DNA of 64,000 nucleotides from Candidatus Buchananbacteria bacterium RIFCSPLOWO2_01_FULL_39_33 (GTDB lineage Bacteria; Patescibacteriota; Patescibacteriia; 2-01-FULL-39-33): NCBI GenBank assembly GCA_001817505.1, contig MHIM01000004.1, positions 6,953 to 70,952 of the forward strand, read 5' to 3'. Shown piece by piece: positions 56,063 to 64,000 of this stretch (position 1 is its first letter; each line of letters starts with the position of its first letter). The notes under the pieces were generated by a model. It saw only the letters and a program-made list of their open reading frames with translations, ran no database searches and was not told where the DNA came from. The position numbers and the translations under genes were made by a program.

Positions 56063-56635
56063 TTAGAGATCCAAGATGGCTACGATGGCAGCCAGCTTGC
56101 CTTCGGCGGTTAACGGATATTTTACGCCATCAACTTCAATTTCCGGCTTGTCGTCTGCCGGCGCATCGGTGGAAAAATACACCTCAATATCATCGCCATC
56201 GCCGACAAGATCCTCCAAATGGGCAAAGTCGCCATTAACTTTAACTGAAATAACATCATTCGGATTCTTGCCAACCACGTCGCGTAAAATATTGGCGATG
56301 GTATCAGGCGTTGCCAGAGCGTAATCTTGGCCGTCAATGACGCATTCAAGAGCGCCGCCTTCATTGCCTTTAATCTGTTTAAGGACTAAAATGATATCGC
56401 CATCTTCCAGGGGGGTGGTGACAACACTGCCTACATAGCCGTCGGCTTTGTCAACAGCTTCAATATTGGAGAACTTCTTTTTATTAACCCGGACTTCCCG
56501 GTCACGAACTAACTCGGACCAATTGATGCTACCGTTGAATGAAGCGGCTTGCCGGGCTACTTCCATGACTGTAGCGCCATCAGCAACTTCAATATAGATA
56601 ATTTTCCCCGGAACAACCATAATCTTGATATTCAT
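56063..56635 (-). CDS. ubiquitin-like beta-grasp protein: first Ubl domain ending in Gly-Gly, followed by a second beta-grasp-like C-terminal extension
   Basis: Strong SD aaggaga 7 nt upstream of the ATG at 56635. MNIKIMVVPGKIIYIEV...LEDGDIILVLKQIKGNEGG resembles ubiquitin and ends in GG. It is followed by ...ISVKVNGDFAHLEDLVGDGDDIEVYF, a ThiS/MoaD-like segment. Confidence 0.65.
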   Translation of the reverse strand: MNIKIMVVPGKIIYIEVADGATVMEVARQAASFNGSINWSELVRDREVRVNKKKFSNIEAVDKADGYVGSVVTTPLEDGDIILVLKQIKGNEGGALECVIDGQDYALATPDTIANILRDVVGKNPNDVISVKVNGDFAHLEDLVGDGDDIEVYFSTDAPADDKPEIEVDGVKYPLTAEGKLAAIVAILDL

Positions 56636-56705
56636 TGGTATCTCCTTCTTTGGTTTTACTTGGCTGGAAAATTTGAAAATATTACTGGTAAAAAGAACTG
56701 CCGAT

Positions 56706-57449
56706 TTAACCTTCAATAATCATCATTGGCTTGGCGCAAACAATCAATTCCTGCTGATAATTATCCCCCTTAAACCATTTGATCAGCTTCCAAACAGCTA
56801 TGGAAGCAATTAAAGAAACTGTCGGTGAAATTGCCCGATTGGTGCAAGGCGACTCCTCCGCTTCTTCATCGGTGTATAAGGTACCCTCCCATAAACGGAT
56901 ATCTTCCGGACTAAAAGGCAGAATAGCATATACTCGGCCGTTGTCAATACCCATTCTGGTTTCTACCATCAATCTGACATTGAGCCGATATTTAATAGCT
57001 CCTTCCCAGATTTCCCGCCTGACATTCATGGAATCAACCATTAAATAAACTATGCCTTTTAACTTGGTGGCGCTGGTGACTACTTCATTATGGACAGTAA
57101 TTTCAAGGCCGGTTGCTTCTAAAATTATGTCTCTAAGCGCCTCAACTTTTGGGTGGCCAACATCTTTGAGACGATAAACTTGATTGGGCAGATTATGGTC
57201 TTCCACCGCATCAAAATCATAAATATGTATTTTTTTAATTCCCATTTTAGCTAACAGGAAAGCCACATAACTGCCAGTGGCCCCGACACCGATAATATGG
57301 ACTTCATCTTCAAATTTATCGGGTGGAAACAAATCCAGTTGCCGCCAGTAGTCAACTATCACTATGGACGCCGGAACGGTTGGCTCCACTGTCGCTGGAT
57401 GATCCAAAACCTCTTCAGGAGTATCGGTGGCCGCTTGATCTTCTGCCAT
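56706..57449 (-). CDS. minimal E1-like adenylyltransferase (ThiF/MoeB/HesA family)
   Basis: Rossmann motif IIGVGATGSYVAFLLAKMG, DFDAVEDHNLPNQ, and a candidate catalytic Cys in SPCTNRA. Stop overlaps the JAB gene's start region. Confidence 0.75.
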   Translation of the reverse strand: MAEDQAATDTPEEVLDHPATVEPTVPASIVIVDYWRQLDLFPPDKFEDEVHIIGVGATGSYVAFLLAKMGIKKIHIYDFDAVEDHNLPNQVYRLKDVGHPKVEALRDIILEATGLEITVHNEVVTSATKLKGIVYLMVDSMNVRREIWEGAIKYRLNVRLMVETRMGIDNGRVYAILPFSPEDIRLWEGTLYTDEEAEESPCTNRAISPTVSLIASIAVWKLIKWFKGDNYQQELIVCAKPMMIIEG

Positions 57450-58447
57450 TAATCCATCTCCTGATAAACAATCGAGGATCGATTTTTATCATCAAGAGAC
57501 CTTTCAATAACCAGGTCTTCAAAATAATGGCAACTGTCTTTGACCGAACAAAAAAAACATTCATCCCCAGTTGGCTCTTGGCCACAAAGCGGTAAAATAG
57601 CTGAAGCTTGGTTGGTAATCGGCAGCAGCTTGCCATTGTTCTGGCTGTCTCTTCTGCTACCTTTTATCACCTCTTTCTTTTGCCACTTAAGTGAACGAGG
57701 AGCTATTCGAACCCCAACCGAATCCAACAAAGAGTTGGCTTCTTCAAGTTCTCCAATACTATAACCTAGCTGGGAGTAATAACCACCATAATTTCTAGCC
57801 ATAGACACAATTTCCTGAGTGACTTTGGCGTTGATTTCCGCTTTTTGAGTGACTTTGGCATCAATCTCCGCCTGCCATTTGGCTGTTAATTCCTTGTTTA
57901 GAGGACGGCTAATCTGCCAAGGCACGTCTTGCCAGATAATGCCTCTTTGGTAATCATAGAAAGTAAATTCAGCGCGTCCGCTTCGCCCGAAGATGCCCCG
58001 GATGAACCAAGGATTGTGACTGAAATGTTTCATCTGGTCATCGTCTTGGCCAGAGGGACTAGTGGAACTGCTGGGATGGACATGACCCCAAAACATCAGT
58101 CGTTGGGCCAGTTCCTCATTTTCAATAATTAAATCAGTGAACAAATCAGCCAAACCTTCTTCGGTTATTTCAGTAGTCGCTCCATGAACTTCCTGCTGGA
58201 ATAAGAAAATTCCGTCAATCAAAAATCGATAATCGGTAATGGTTAGCACGCTGCCCAGCCAACCGATTTCATCAAACCCGCTTAAATTAGCAATAGTCAG
58301 CATATCAGCATAAGCTTCGGGTGTGATAAAAATACCAGGGACATTATTCCTGTTGATAGTTTCTTGTCTGGTCTCAAATTGATGGGGGGCGAAAGGATCC
58401 GCCCCCTTTTTGCCACCTTGCCAAATATTGCCTTTCCAGTTAGACAT
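57449..58447 (-). CDS. JAB/JAMM (MPN+) metallopeptidase with a Cys-rich C-terminal region
   Basis: JAMM motif WGHVHPSSSTSPSGQDDDQM with an upstream Glu (QQEVHG). C-terminal CGQEPTGDECFFCSVKDSCHYF looks like a zinc ribbon. Confidence 0.75.
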   Translation of the reverse strand: MSNWKGNIWQGGKKGADPFAPHQFETRQETINRNNVPGIFITPEAYADMLTIANLSGFDEIGWLGSVLTITDYRFLIDGIFLFQQEVHGATTEITEEGLADLFTDLIIENEELAQRLMFWGHVHPSSSTSPSGQDDDQMKHFSHNPWFIRGIFGRSGRAEFTFYDYQRGIIWQDVPWQISRPLNKELTAKWQAEIDAKVTQKAEINAKVTQEIVSMARNYGGYYSQLGYSIGELEEANSLLDSVGVRIAPRSLKWQKKEVIKGSRRDSQNNGKLLPITNQASAILPLCGQEPTGDECFFCSVKDSCHYFEDLVIERSLDDKNRSSIVYQEMD

Positions 58448-59597
58448 TATTTATCTCCTTGGGTTCATTTTCCACTATCGGCCAATGCTTGACAATGTTT
58501 GAACCAGCCCCGTCATCAAAATTAACCGTTTCCAAATATTCTAAAGCCAGCAGGGCAATAGCGGCAAATTGATATTCGGCTATCAGCTGGGCAATTATTT
58601 CCTTGATATTACCCAAGCAGGGTATACCATTTTTATTAATATGCGGGTGTTGGATATTGAAATCATCGCCAGTGCCTTTTCTGGTAGTATTGAAAAATTT
58701 GATGCCGCCGTCTTGGCCATTAAGATAAATTTCAATTCTGAACTTACCGATGTCAAAAGTAACTTTCTTCTGGCCGCCATTCGGCACTTTAGTGGTGATG
58801 TAAATGTGGCCGGTGTCAATGATCACCATATCCTCACTGGCTCTGACACTCTCCACGCCGTCCAAAGATACCAATTTATTATACTCGGCCTCAAAAATGG
58901 CAACATCGGATTGTTCACGCTGTTTTATTTGAAGCAATTGGCGCCTCGAATCGTCAGCGTTGCGAATAATAGCTATCAACTGCTTTTGCAAATTAACCTG
59001 CGTTGATTCCTGATCGGCTAAATTAGCTTCAATTTTTCTGATAAACATTTTATATTGCTGGCGGCAAGCTTCAACATAAAATTTCAGCTGGCGCTGCTGA
59101 CGGTCCTTAGCCAACTGAAGGTCGCGCTGCTGGCGTTCTTGGTCGGGCAAGGTCAACTCAACCACAGTCTGCTCTAAAATCTTGCGGTAAATATCTACAC
59201 CTTTGGTTATGTCACTTATAAAAATCGGCAGATGAATATACAAATTATCACCGATTATTTCGGCTAAAATATAATCTGATTGACCATCAGTAATGCCAAT
59301 GCCGGTATCAGTGAATTTAAAGCAGCTCCAACCATGCGTATTATCAGTAGTCAAGCCGAATAATTTATTGGGTACTTTAGCCGGACCGCTTCCGCCCATA
59401 GCCGCTGACCAGACAAAAATATGAAAACAACCATTACTTAAAGGAATCTGGCAGATATTAGAGAAGTGAACGATAGTTTTACGATTGATAACCGGCAACA
59501 ATATTTCTTCAGTAGCTCTTTTAAAGGCTAAAATTCTTTGGTGAGTAACATTTACCAGACCAGACTGATTAATAACCACCTGGGGAATATTAATCAT
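58440..59597 (-). CDS. E2 (UBC)-like conjugating-enzyme domain at the C-terminus, fused to an N-terminal domain shared with the upstream gene plus a coiled coil
   Basis: C-terminal QHPHINKNGIPCLGNIKEI matches the E2 HPN-x5-G-x-ICL catalytic motif. Residues around 60-170 are homologous to the C-terminus of the 493-aa upstream protein. Confidence 0.65.
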   Translation of the reverse strand: MINIPQVVINQSGLVNVTHQRILAFKRATEEILLPVINRKTIVHFSNICQIPLSNGCFHIFVWSAAMGGSGPAKVPNKLFGLTTDNTHGWSCFKFTDTGIGITDGQSDYILAEIIGDNLYIHLPIFISDITKGVDIYRKILEQTVVELTLPDQERQQRDLQLAKDRQQRQLKFYVEACRQQYKMFIRKIEANLADQESTQVNLQKQLIAIIRNADDSRRQLLQIKQREQSDVAIFEAEYNKLVSLDGVESVRASEDMVIIDTGHIYITTKVPNGGQKKVTFDIGKFRIEIYLNGQDGGIKFFNTTRKGTGDDFNIQHPHINKNGIPCLGNIKEIIAQLIAEYQFAAIALLALEYLETVNFDDGAGSNIVKHWPIVENEPKEINNV

Positions 59598-61075
59598 TTT
59601 TTTTGTTCTTCTTCTGGCAACTGTAAAAATTTCAGTGCTTTCTCCAATATCTTTCTGAAGATATTATAATCGTCGTGATAATCTTCGTGGCAAATATCAT
59701 GGAAAATATAGAGATTATTGCCAATAATTTCCGCTATGGGGTTGTCATCGTTGGTTTCGTCAGTAATAACGAAATCGGCCAAGTCGCTGGGTAAAAAACC
59801 AGGATCAGTACAACCAACTCCATAACCCCACATTCTGGCGGCTGTCATGGCATTTTTCTTGGAACCATTTAGCGATGACCAGATTAAGATATTAAAATCG
59901 TCATTGGCGGGTAATGGATGATTACTCCCATGAGGCACAAAAAGTTTAATATTTTTATTAACCGCCGGCAAAATAATCTGCCGAATCAGAGCTTCCACTC
60001 GTTCCAATTTCATTTGACCGACCCAGTTATTGGGCGTGATAAAGAAAACATCCTGGGGACGCAGTCCAGCAGGCGCTTGGCCCAGAGCAATGGGAATATA
60101 ATGTTCCAGTAAGTCAACGCAAAAAGCCAAATCAAAGTCATCTGGAGTATCGTTTAAGCCGAAAATATTAACCACCCGGCCATTAGCCAAATAACCGATA
60201 TTATTCCCTTGGTCTTCGCTCAAATTCAACTCCCGGCCAACAATAATATGAAGTTCATCGTCGGTTTGAGCGCGGGTGGGCAAGCCTTCACTGGCACAAT
60301 ATCTTTCATAAAGCTTGATTCTTTTAACGCCAGTAACATTAGTCCTAAGCCAATCACTTAAATTAATGAAAAGATCTTGCCAGCCATTATTATAATAGCC
60401 ACAGGGAGCAACAATTTCCATTTTAACACCTTGGCGAGCCATCAAATTCTCTCCTTCTTCGGCGGTAGCAGCCATCACAACCGGCAGATAGAGATGGATG
60501 TCATTTATTAACCGGTCATATTCGCTAAAGGTGAAATCATCAGAAATTTTCCTAAAGCCTATAACCTGGCCACCGGGTCGATAACTGACTCGGCCGTCAA
60601 TGACACTTGCCGTGATGCCGGCGCCAATAACCAGGTGAAGCTCATCGTCAACCGGCCTAATATCCCGATCTTCGTCGTCCACAGCTTCATGAATGACAAT
60701 GGTATGCGGATAATATTGACTTAATCGATTTTTCAGAACTTGAAGCTGCTGTTCCCAGTATTCGTTTAAAAAACCATTGGGCGCGGAAATAGCAACGCGC
60801 TCTCTGGGCGCTGCCGGCTCTTGGACAGCCGTCGGCATAAAAGTTACTGTTTCTGAATCCCGGACTGTTAACTTCAAAATACCGGGAATGGAAGTTTCGG
60901 TTTGCGCTGACACGTCAATTTTTAATAAAGTCAAAAATCTTATAATTTTATCTTCTTCCAAAATCAAGCCGTCGTCGCCGTCAATCTCCATATCAATACA
61001 AGGAATATCAATATTGGCCGAGGTAAATATTTTTTCTTCAGTCAAATCAGAAAAAGCCACGAAAAAATTGTTCAT
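59594..61075 (-). CDS. large uncharacterised protein, first gene of the Ubl/E1/E2/JAB operon
   Basis: 493 aa. Two internal repeats of about 45 aa (DDELHLVIGAG...GQVIGF... and DDELHIIVGRE...GRVVNIFGL...). The C-terminal domain (MWGYGVGCTD...AEIIGNNLYI...YNIFRKILEKAL) is paralogous to the N-terminal region of the E2-containing protein. Confidence 0.45.
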   Translation of the reverse strand: MNNFFVAFSDLTEEKIFTSANIDIPCIDMEIDGDDGLILEEDKIIRFLTLLKIDVSAQTETSIPGILKLTVRDSETVTFMPTAVQEPAAPRERVAISAPNGFLNEYWEQQLQVLKNRLSQYYPHTIVIHEAVDDEDRDIRPVDDELHLVIGAGITASVIDGRVSYRPGGQVIGFRKISDDFTFSEYDRLINDIHLYLPVVMAATAEEGENLMARQGVKMEIVAPCGYYNNGWQDLFINLSDWLRTNVTGVKRIKLYERYCASEGLPTRAQTDDELHIIVGRELNLSEDQGNNIGYLANGRVVNIFGLNDTPDDFDLAFCVDLLEHYIPIALGQAPAGLRPQDVFFITPNNWVGQMKLERVEALIRQIILPAVNKNIKLFVPHGSNHPLPANDDFNILIWSSLNGSKKNAMTAARMWGYGVGCTDPGFLPSDLADFVITDETNDDNPIAEIIGNNLYIFHDICHEDYHDDYNIFRKILEKALKFLQLPEEEQKK

Positions 61076-61451
61076 CTTGCCCTCCTTTTGACTTGAGGTT
61101 ATCAGCTGTTGGTTTTTTAGTTTTCCTGTTTTTCAATTGTCAAAGAACCGATCCCCTTCTTTTTTATCAGCCCTAAATATAAAGAGGAAAGGCCAAAAAG
61201 GCAAAATTTGCCTGTTTAGCTTTTCCTCCTGTGTAAAACTGTTTAACTTTTTACCTTACCAAAATTGACTTTTTTTGTCAACTAAAAATTATTCACTTAA
61301 AAAATCGCAAAAAATCCCTAATTTAAAAGAAAAAACTCTTGTATTTAGGAATACGGGAGTTTTATTGTTTTTATTATTATCACCTCTTTCTATCATCCCT
61401 GCGAAAGCCTGCCTGCACAAGTAAGTAAGAATCAATCCTTTATTTTATTTC

Positions 61452-61473
61452 TGGATCCCGGACCTGCCTGCCA
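61452..61473. repeat. GC-rich palindrome acctgcctgccagcaggcaggt nested in an outer inverted repeat atcccgg...ccgggat (61444..61500)
   Basis: Perfect inverted repeat seen directly. Same family as 22184..22205. Confidence 0.6.
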
Positions 61474-61526
61474 GCAGGCAGGTCTTAGCTTAATCGGCAA
61501 ATTCCGGGATGACACGGGTAAATGTT

Positions 61527-62150
61527 TTATTGTTTTCTGGCTTTATTGCTTTTTGCCTCCTGATAATATTTATCCACTTGCTCCCAATTAATGACTTGAA
61601 AAAAATTCTCAATGTAGGCCGGCCGGCGGTTCTGGTATTTCAAATAATAAGCGTGCTCCCAGAGGTCTAATAATAAAATCGGATCTTGACCAACGCTCAA
61701 AGGCGTATCCTGATTAGGCGTAGTTATAATTTCTAATTCACCATCATTTAAAATCAGCCAAGACCAGCCGCTGCCGAATAATCTGGCAGAAGCGTCAGTG
61801 AACTGCTTTTGGAATTCTTCAAAACCGCCGAATTTTTCAGCCAGGGCTTTGGCGATTTCGCCACCAACTGGCACATCTTTTTTCAATAATTTCCAAAACA
61901 GAGCATGATTGGCCGAACCGCCGCCATTATTTTTGACCGGCCGACAGATTTCGGCCGGTAAATCGTTAAGGTTTTTTAAAAGTTCAACAATCGGCTGGCT
62001 TTGTAAGTGTTCGTATTTTTCTAAAGCCGTATTTAACTTGTCCACATAACCTGCGTAATGCTTATCGTGATGAATCTCCATAGTCAGCTTATCAATAAAT
62101 GGCTCTAAGGCGTCATAAGCGTAGTCCAACGCTTCGGCTTGGTATTTCAT
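61527..62150 (-). CDS. sodA: Fe/Mn superoxide dismutase
   Basis: LTMEIHHDKHYAGYV and a C-terminal DLWEHAYYLKYQN. Confidence 0.9.
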   Translation of the reverse strand: MKYQAEALDYAYDALEPFIDKLTMEIHHDKHYAGYVDKLNTALEKYEHLQSQPIVELLKNLNDLPAEICRPVKNNGGGSANHALFWKLLKKDVPVGGEIAKALAEKFGGFEEFQKQFTDASARLFGSGWSWLILNDGELEIITTPNQDTPLSVGQDPILLLDLWEHAYYLKYQNRRPAYIENFFQVINWEQVDKYYQEAKSNKARKQ

Positions 62151-62179
62151 ATTTTAGATAGTTATTAATAAATAAAATT

Positions 62180-63427
62180 TCATTTCATTTCATCCCAAAT
62201 CTCCATCAGCCGGTTGTACTTGGCAATCCTCTCGCCGCGGGCCAGCGAGCCGGCCTTAAGGTAATTGGCGCTGGCAGCGACCGCTAAATCAGCGATAAAA
62301 TCATCCAAGGTCTCGCCGCTGCGATGAGAAATGGCGACTTTATAATTATGCTTTTGCGCTAACTTGAGGCAATTAACCGTTTCCGTCAAAGTGCCGATTT
62401 GGTTTAATTTAATTAAAATGGCATTGCCAACTTGCTTTTTAATCCCCTCTTTCAAGCGTTTGACATTGGTGACAAACAAATCATCGCCGACCAAAGTGAT
62501 TTTTTTGCCTAATTTTTTAGTCAGCTTTTGCCAGCTATTCCAGTCATCTTCAGCCAAGCCGTCTTCCAAGGACTCCAGCGGATATTTTTTAAGCCAACTT
62601 TCATACAATTCCAGCATTTGCCCAACATCGCGTTTTTTTTTATCGGCGGCCATAGCATAAACGCCATCTTTATAAAATTCGCTGGCCGCCGCATCAATGC
62701 CCAGTTTCACCTGGCTATCAGTTTGATAACCGGCTTTAGTTACCGCCTGCAAAATAATGGCCAGGGCTTTTTCATTGCCCGGCAACTTGGGCGCATAGCC
62801 GCCTTCATCGCCGACAGTCGTGGCATAACCCCGGCTTTTTAAAATTTTTTTCAAAGAGGCAAAAATTTCCGCTCCACAACGTATCGCTTCTTTGATATTT
62901 TTCTGCTTGGGCAAAATCATAAATTCCTGGATATCAACCGCCCAACCGGCATGAACGCCGCCGTTTAAAATATTCATCATCGGCACCGGAAATGACAATT
63001 TACCCCGAGACCAATATTTCTTCTTCAAATAAAGATAGAGCGGCTGGCTATTGTCAATAGCCGCTACCCGAGCCACTGCCAGCGAAACGCCCAAAATCGC
63101 ATTGGCGCCCAATTTTGATTTATTCGGCGTACCGTCCAATTTCAACATCAGCTCATCAATCTTTTTTTGATTTTTGGGATCCAAGCCGATTAACTTGGGC
63201 GCGATTTTTTTATTAACACTATCAACCGCTTTTAAAACACCCTGACCCCAATATCTTCTCTGGTCCTGATCGCGTAGCTCTAAGGCCTCATGGGTGCCAA
63301 TGGAAGCGCCACTAGGCACACTGGCCCAGGCCTGGCGGCCGCTGGTTAAAACCACCTCAACCTCAACTGTCGGCTGGCCGCGCGAGTCAAGAATTTCCCG
63401 AGCCGTTATTTTTCTAATAATACTCAT
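62180..63427 (-). CDS. eno: enolase
   Basis: ITAREILDSRGQPTVEVEV and SHRSGETLD motifs. 415 aa. Confidence 0.9.
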   Translation of the reverse strand: MSIIRKITAREILDSRGQPTVEVEVVLTSGRQAWASVPSGASIGTHEALELRDQDQRRYWGQGVLKAVDSVNKKIAPKLIGLDPKNQKKIDELMLKLDGTPNKSKLGANAILGVSLAVARVAAIDNSQPLYLYLKKKYWSRGKLSFPVPMMNILNGGVHAGWAVDIQEFMILPKQKNIKEAIRCGAEIFASLKKILKSRGYATTVGDEGGYAPKLPGNEKALAIILQAVTKAGYQTDSQVKLGIDAAASEFYKDGVYAMAADKKKRDVGQMLELYESWLKKYPLESLEDGLAEDDWNSWQKLTKKLGKKITLVGDDLFVTNVKRLKEGIKKQVGNAILIKLNQIGTLTETVNCLKLAQKHNYKVAISHRSGETLDDFIADLAVAASANYLKAGSLARGERIAKYNRLMEIWDEMK

Positions 63428-63437
63428 AAATTTTATA

Positions 63438-63472
63438 TTCCCCTCCTCCCCCCTCCTGATCAGGGGAGGAAT
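63438..63472. repeat. intergenic palindrome cccctcctgatcaggggagg (CCCCTCC..GGAGGGG family), likely a terminator-like hairpin
   Basis: Lies between the stop of the SIMPL-domain gene and the eno start. Confidence 0.5.
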
Positions 63473-63476
63473 TTAT

Positions 63477-64000
63477 TTACCTTATTTCATAACTAATACT
63501 GACACTGACGCTTATTTCCTCACTACCAACTTGAATATCGGGTGCCGGCAAGGCCTTTTCTGTTCCGCCGCCCAAGCCCAAAGCCAGATCACTGCTATAA
63601 AAAGGTGTGGGATAACCGCCGAAATTCTCAGAGAAATTAACAATCGGTCCCAATTTGATACCGACTTGGTCGGCTAAGACCTTGGCTTTGTCTTTGGCTT
63701 GGGCAATGGCTTTTTCCCGCGCTTCAGCTTTATAGACCTCCGGATCATCAATGACAAAAGTCGGGCCATTTAAACTATTGGTGCCAAGTTCGGCCGCTTT
63801 GGCTAAGATATTGCCGATTTTATCAAAATCCCGCACCTTAATTTCCACTGCTTGGCTGATACTGTAACCAATGATCCGCAGTGAGCCGTCGCTCCAAGCA
63901 TAGCGGGGATAAATGCTGTATTGGCTGGTTTTAATGTCTTTATCTTCAATTTTAAAATCGTTTTTGAGCGTTTTAATGATGGCGTTCATTTTTTCGGTGT
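63477..64000 (-). CDS. SIMPL/DUF541-domain protein (N-terminus probably beyond the window edge)
   Basis: Pattern ...IEDKDIKTSQYSIYPRY...SISQAVEIKVRDFDKIG..L... is typical of SIMPL. The ORF runs to the window edge and lacks a signal peptide. Confidence 0.55.
   Translation of the reverse strand, partial: TEKMNAIIKTLKNDFKIEDKDIKTSQYSIYPRYAWSDGSLRIIGYSISQAVEIKVRDFDKIGNILAKAAELGTNSLNGPTFVIDDPEVYKAEAREKAIAQAKDKAKVLADQVGIKLGPIVNFSENFGGYPTPFYSSDLALGLGGGTEKALPAPDIQVGSEEISVSVSISYEIR

Noticed and set aside
1-64000. CRISPR arrays, rRNA operons, IS elements/transposases, integrases
   Set aside because: Searched by eye for regularly spaced direct repeats and for transposase/integrase motifs; none found in this window.

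Overview
This is an AT-rich bacterial chromosome window with short intergenic spacers and many overlapping stop/start codons. The gene content suggests a reduced-genome bacterium, possibly of the Patescibacteria/CPR type; that attribution is inference only.

Most of the window is ordinary core genome:
- Replication and repair: dnaB, ybaB, recR, recJ, rnhA, uvrA, uvrB, a short uvrC, and tdk.
- Translation and RNA: rplU, lepA, tgt, a TruB-TsaC fusion, RNase P RNA, tRNA-Lys and tRNA-Val.
- Fermentative metabolism: PPDK, a PduL-like phosphotransacylase, ackA, a PfkB kinase, eno and sodA.
- A cell-envelope glycan locus: a WecA-like and a WbaP-like initiating transferase, three GT1 glycosyltransferases, a DUF4012-like protein, a large repeat-domain protein, and murJ.
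- A type IV pilus operon bracketed by a response regulator and a PAS histidine kinase.

The most interesting locus is a tight five-gene minus-strand operon at 56063..61075. It encodes a ubiquitin-like protein, a minimal E1, a JAB/JAMM peptidase, a protein whose C-terminus carries an E2 (UBC) HPN-Cys motif, and a large uncharacterised partner. Together these form a complete prokaryotic ubiquitin-like conjugation cassette (Bil/Bub-like). It sits next to tRNA-Val and is GC-richer than the flanking genes.

A second notable feature is a family of GC-rich modular palindromic repeats inserted in-frame into the tgt, uvrA and uvrB coding sequences, in the manner of Rickettsia palindromic elements.

Other signals worth a second look:
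- A second dispersed palindrome family (CCTGCCTGC..GCAGGCAGG).
- A roughly 630-nt GC-rich non-coding island between ybaB and recR, probably a structured RNA.
- A 56-nt near-perfect palindrome across the pilin N-terminal coding region, with further inverted copies nearby.
- A GIY-YIG domain fused in-frame to a prepilin.
- A PilC fused to an SH3b-like domain.
- A tandem-duplicated Cys-rich small protein.
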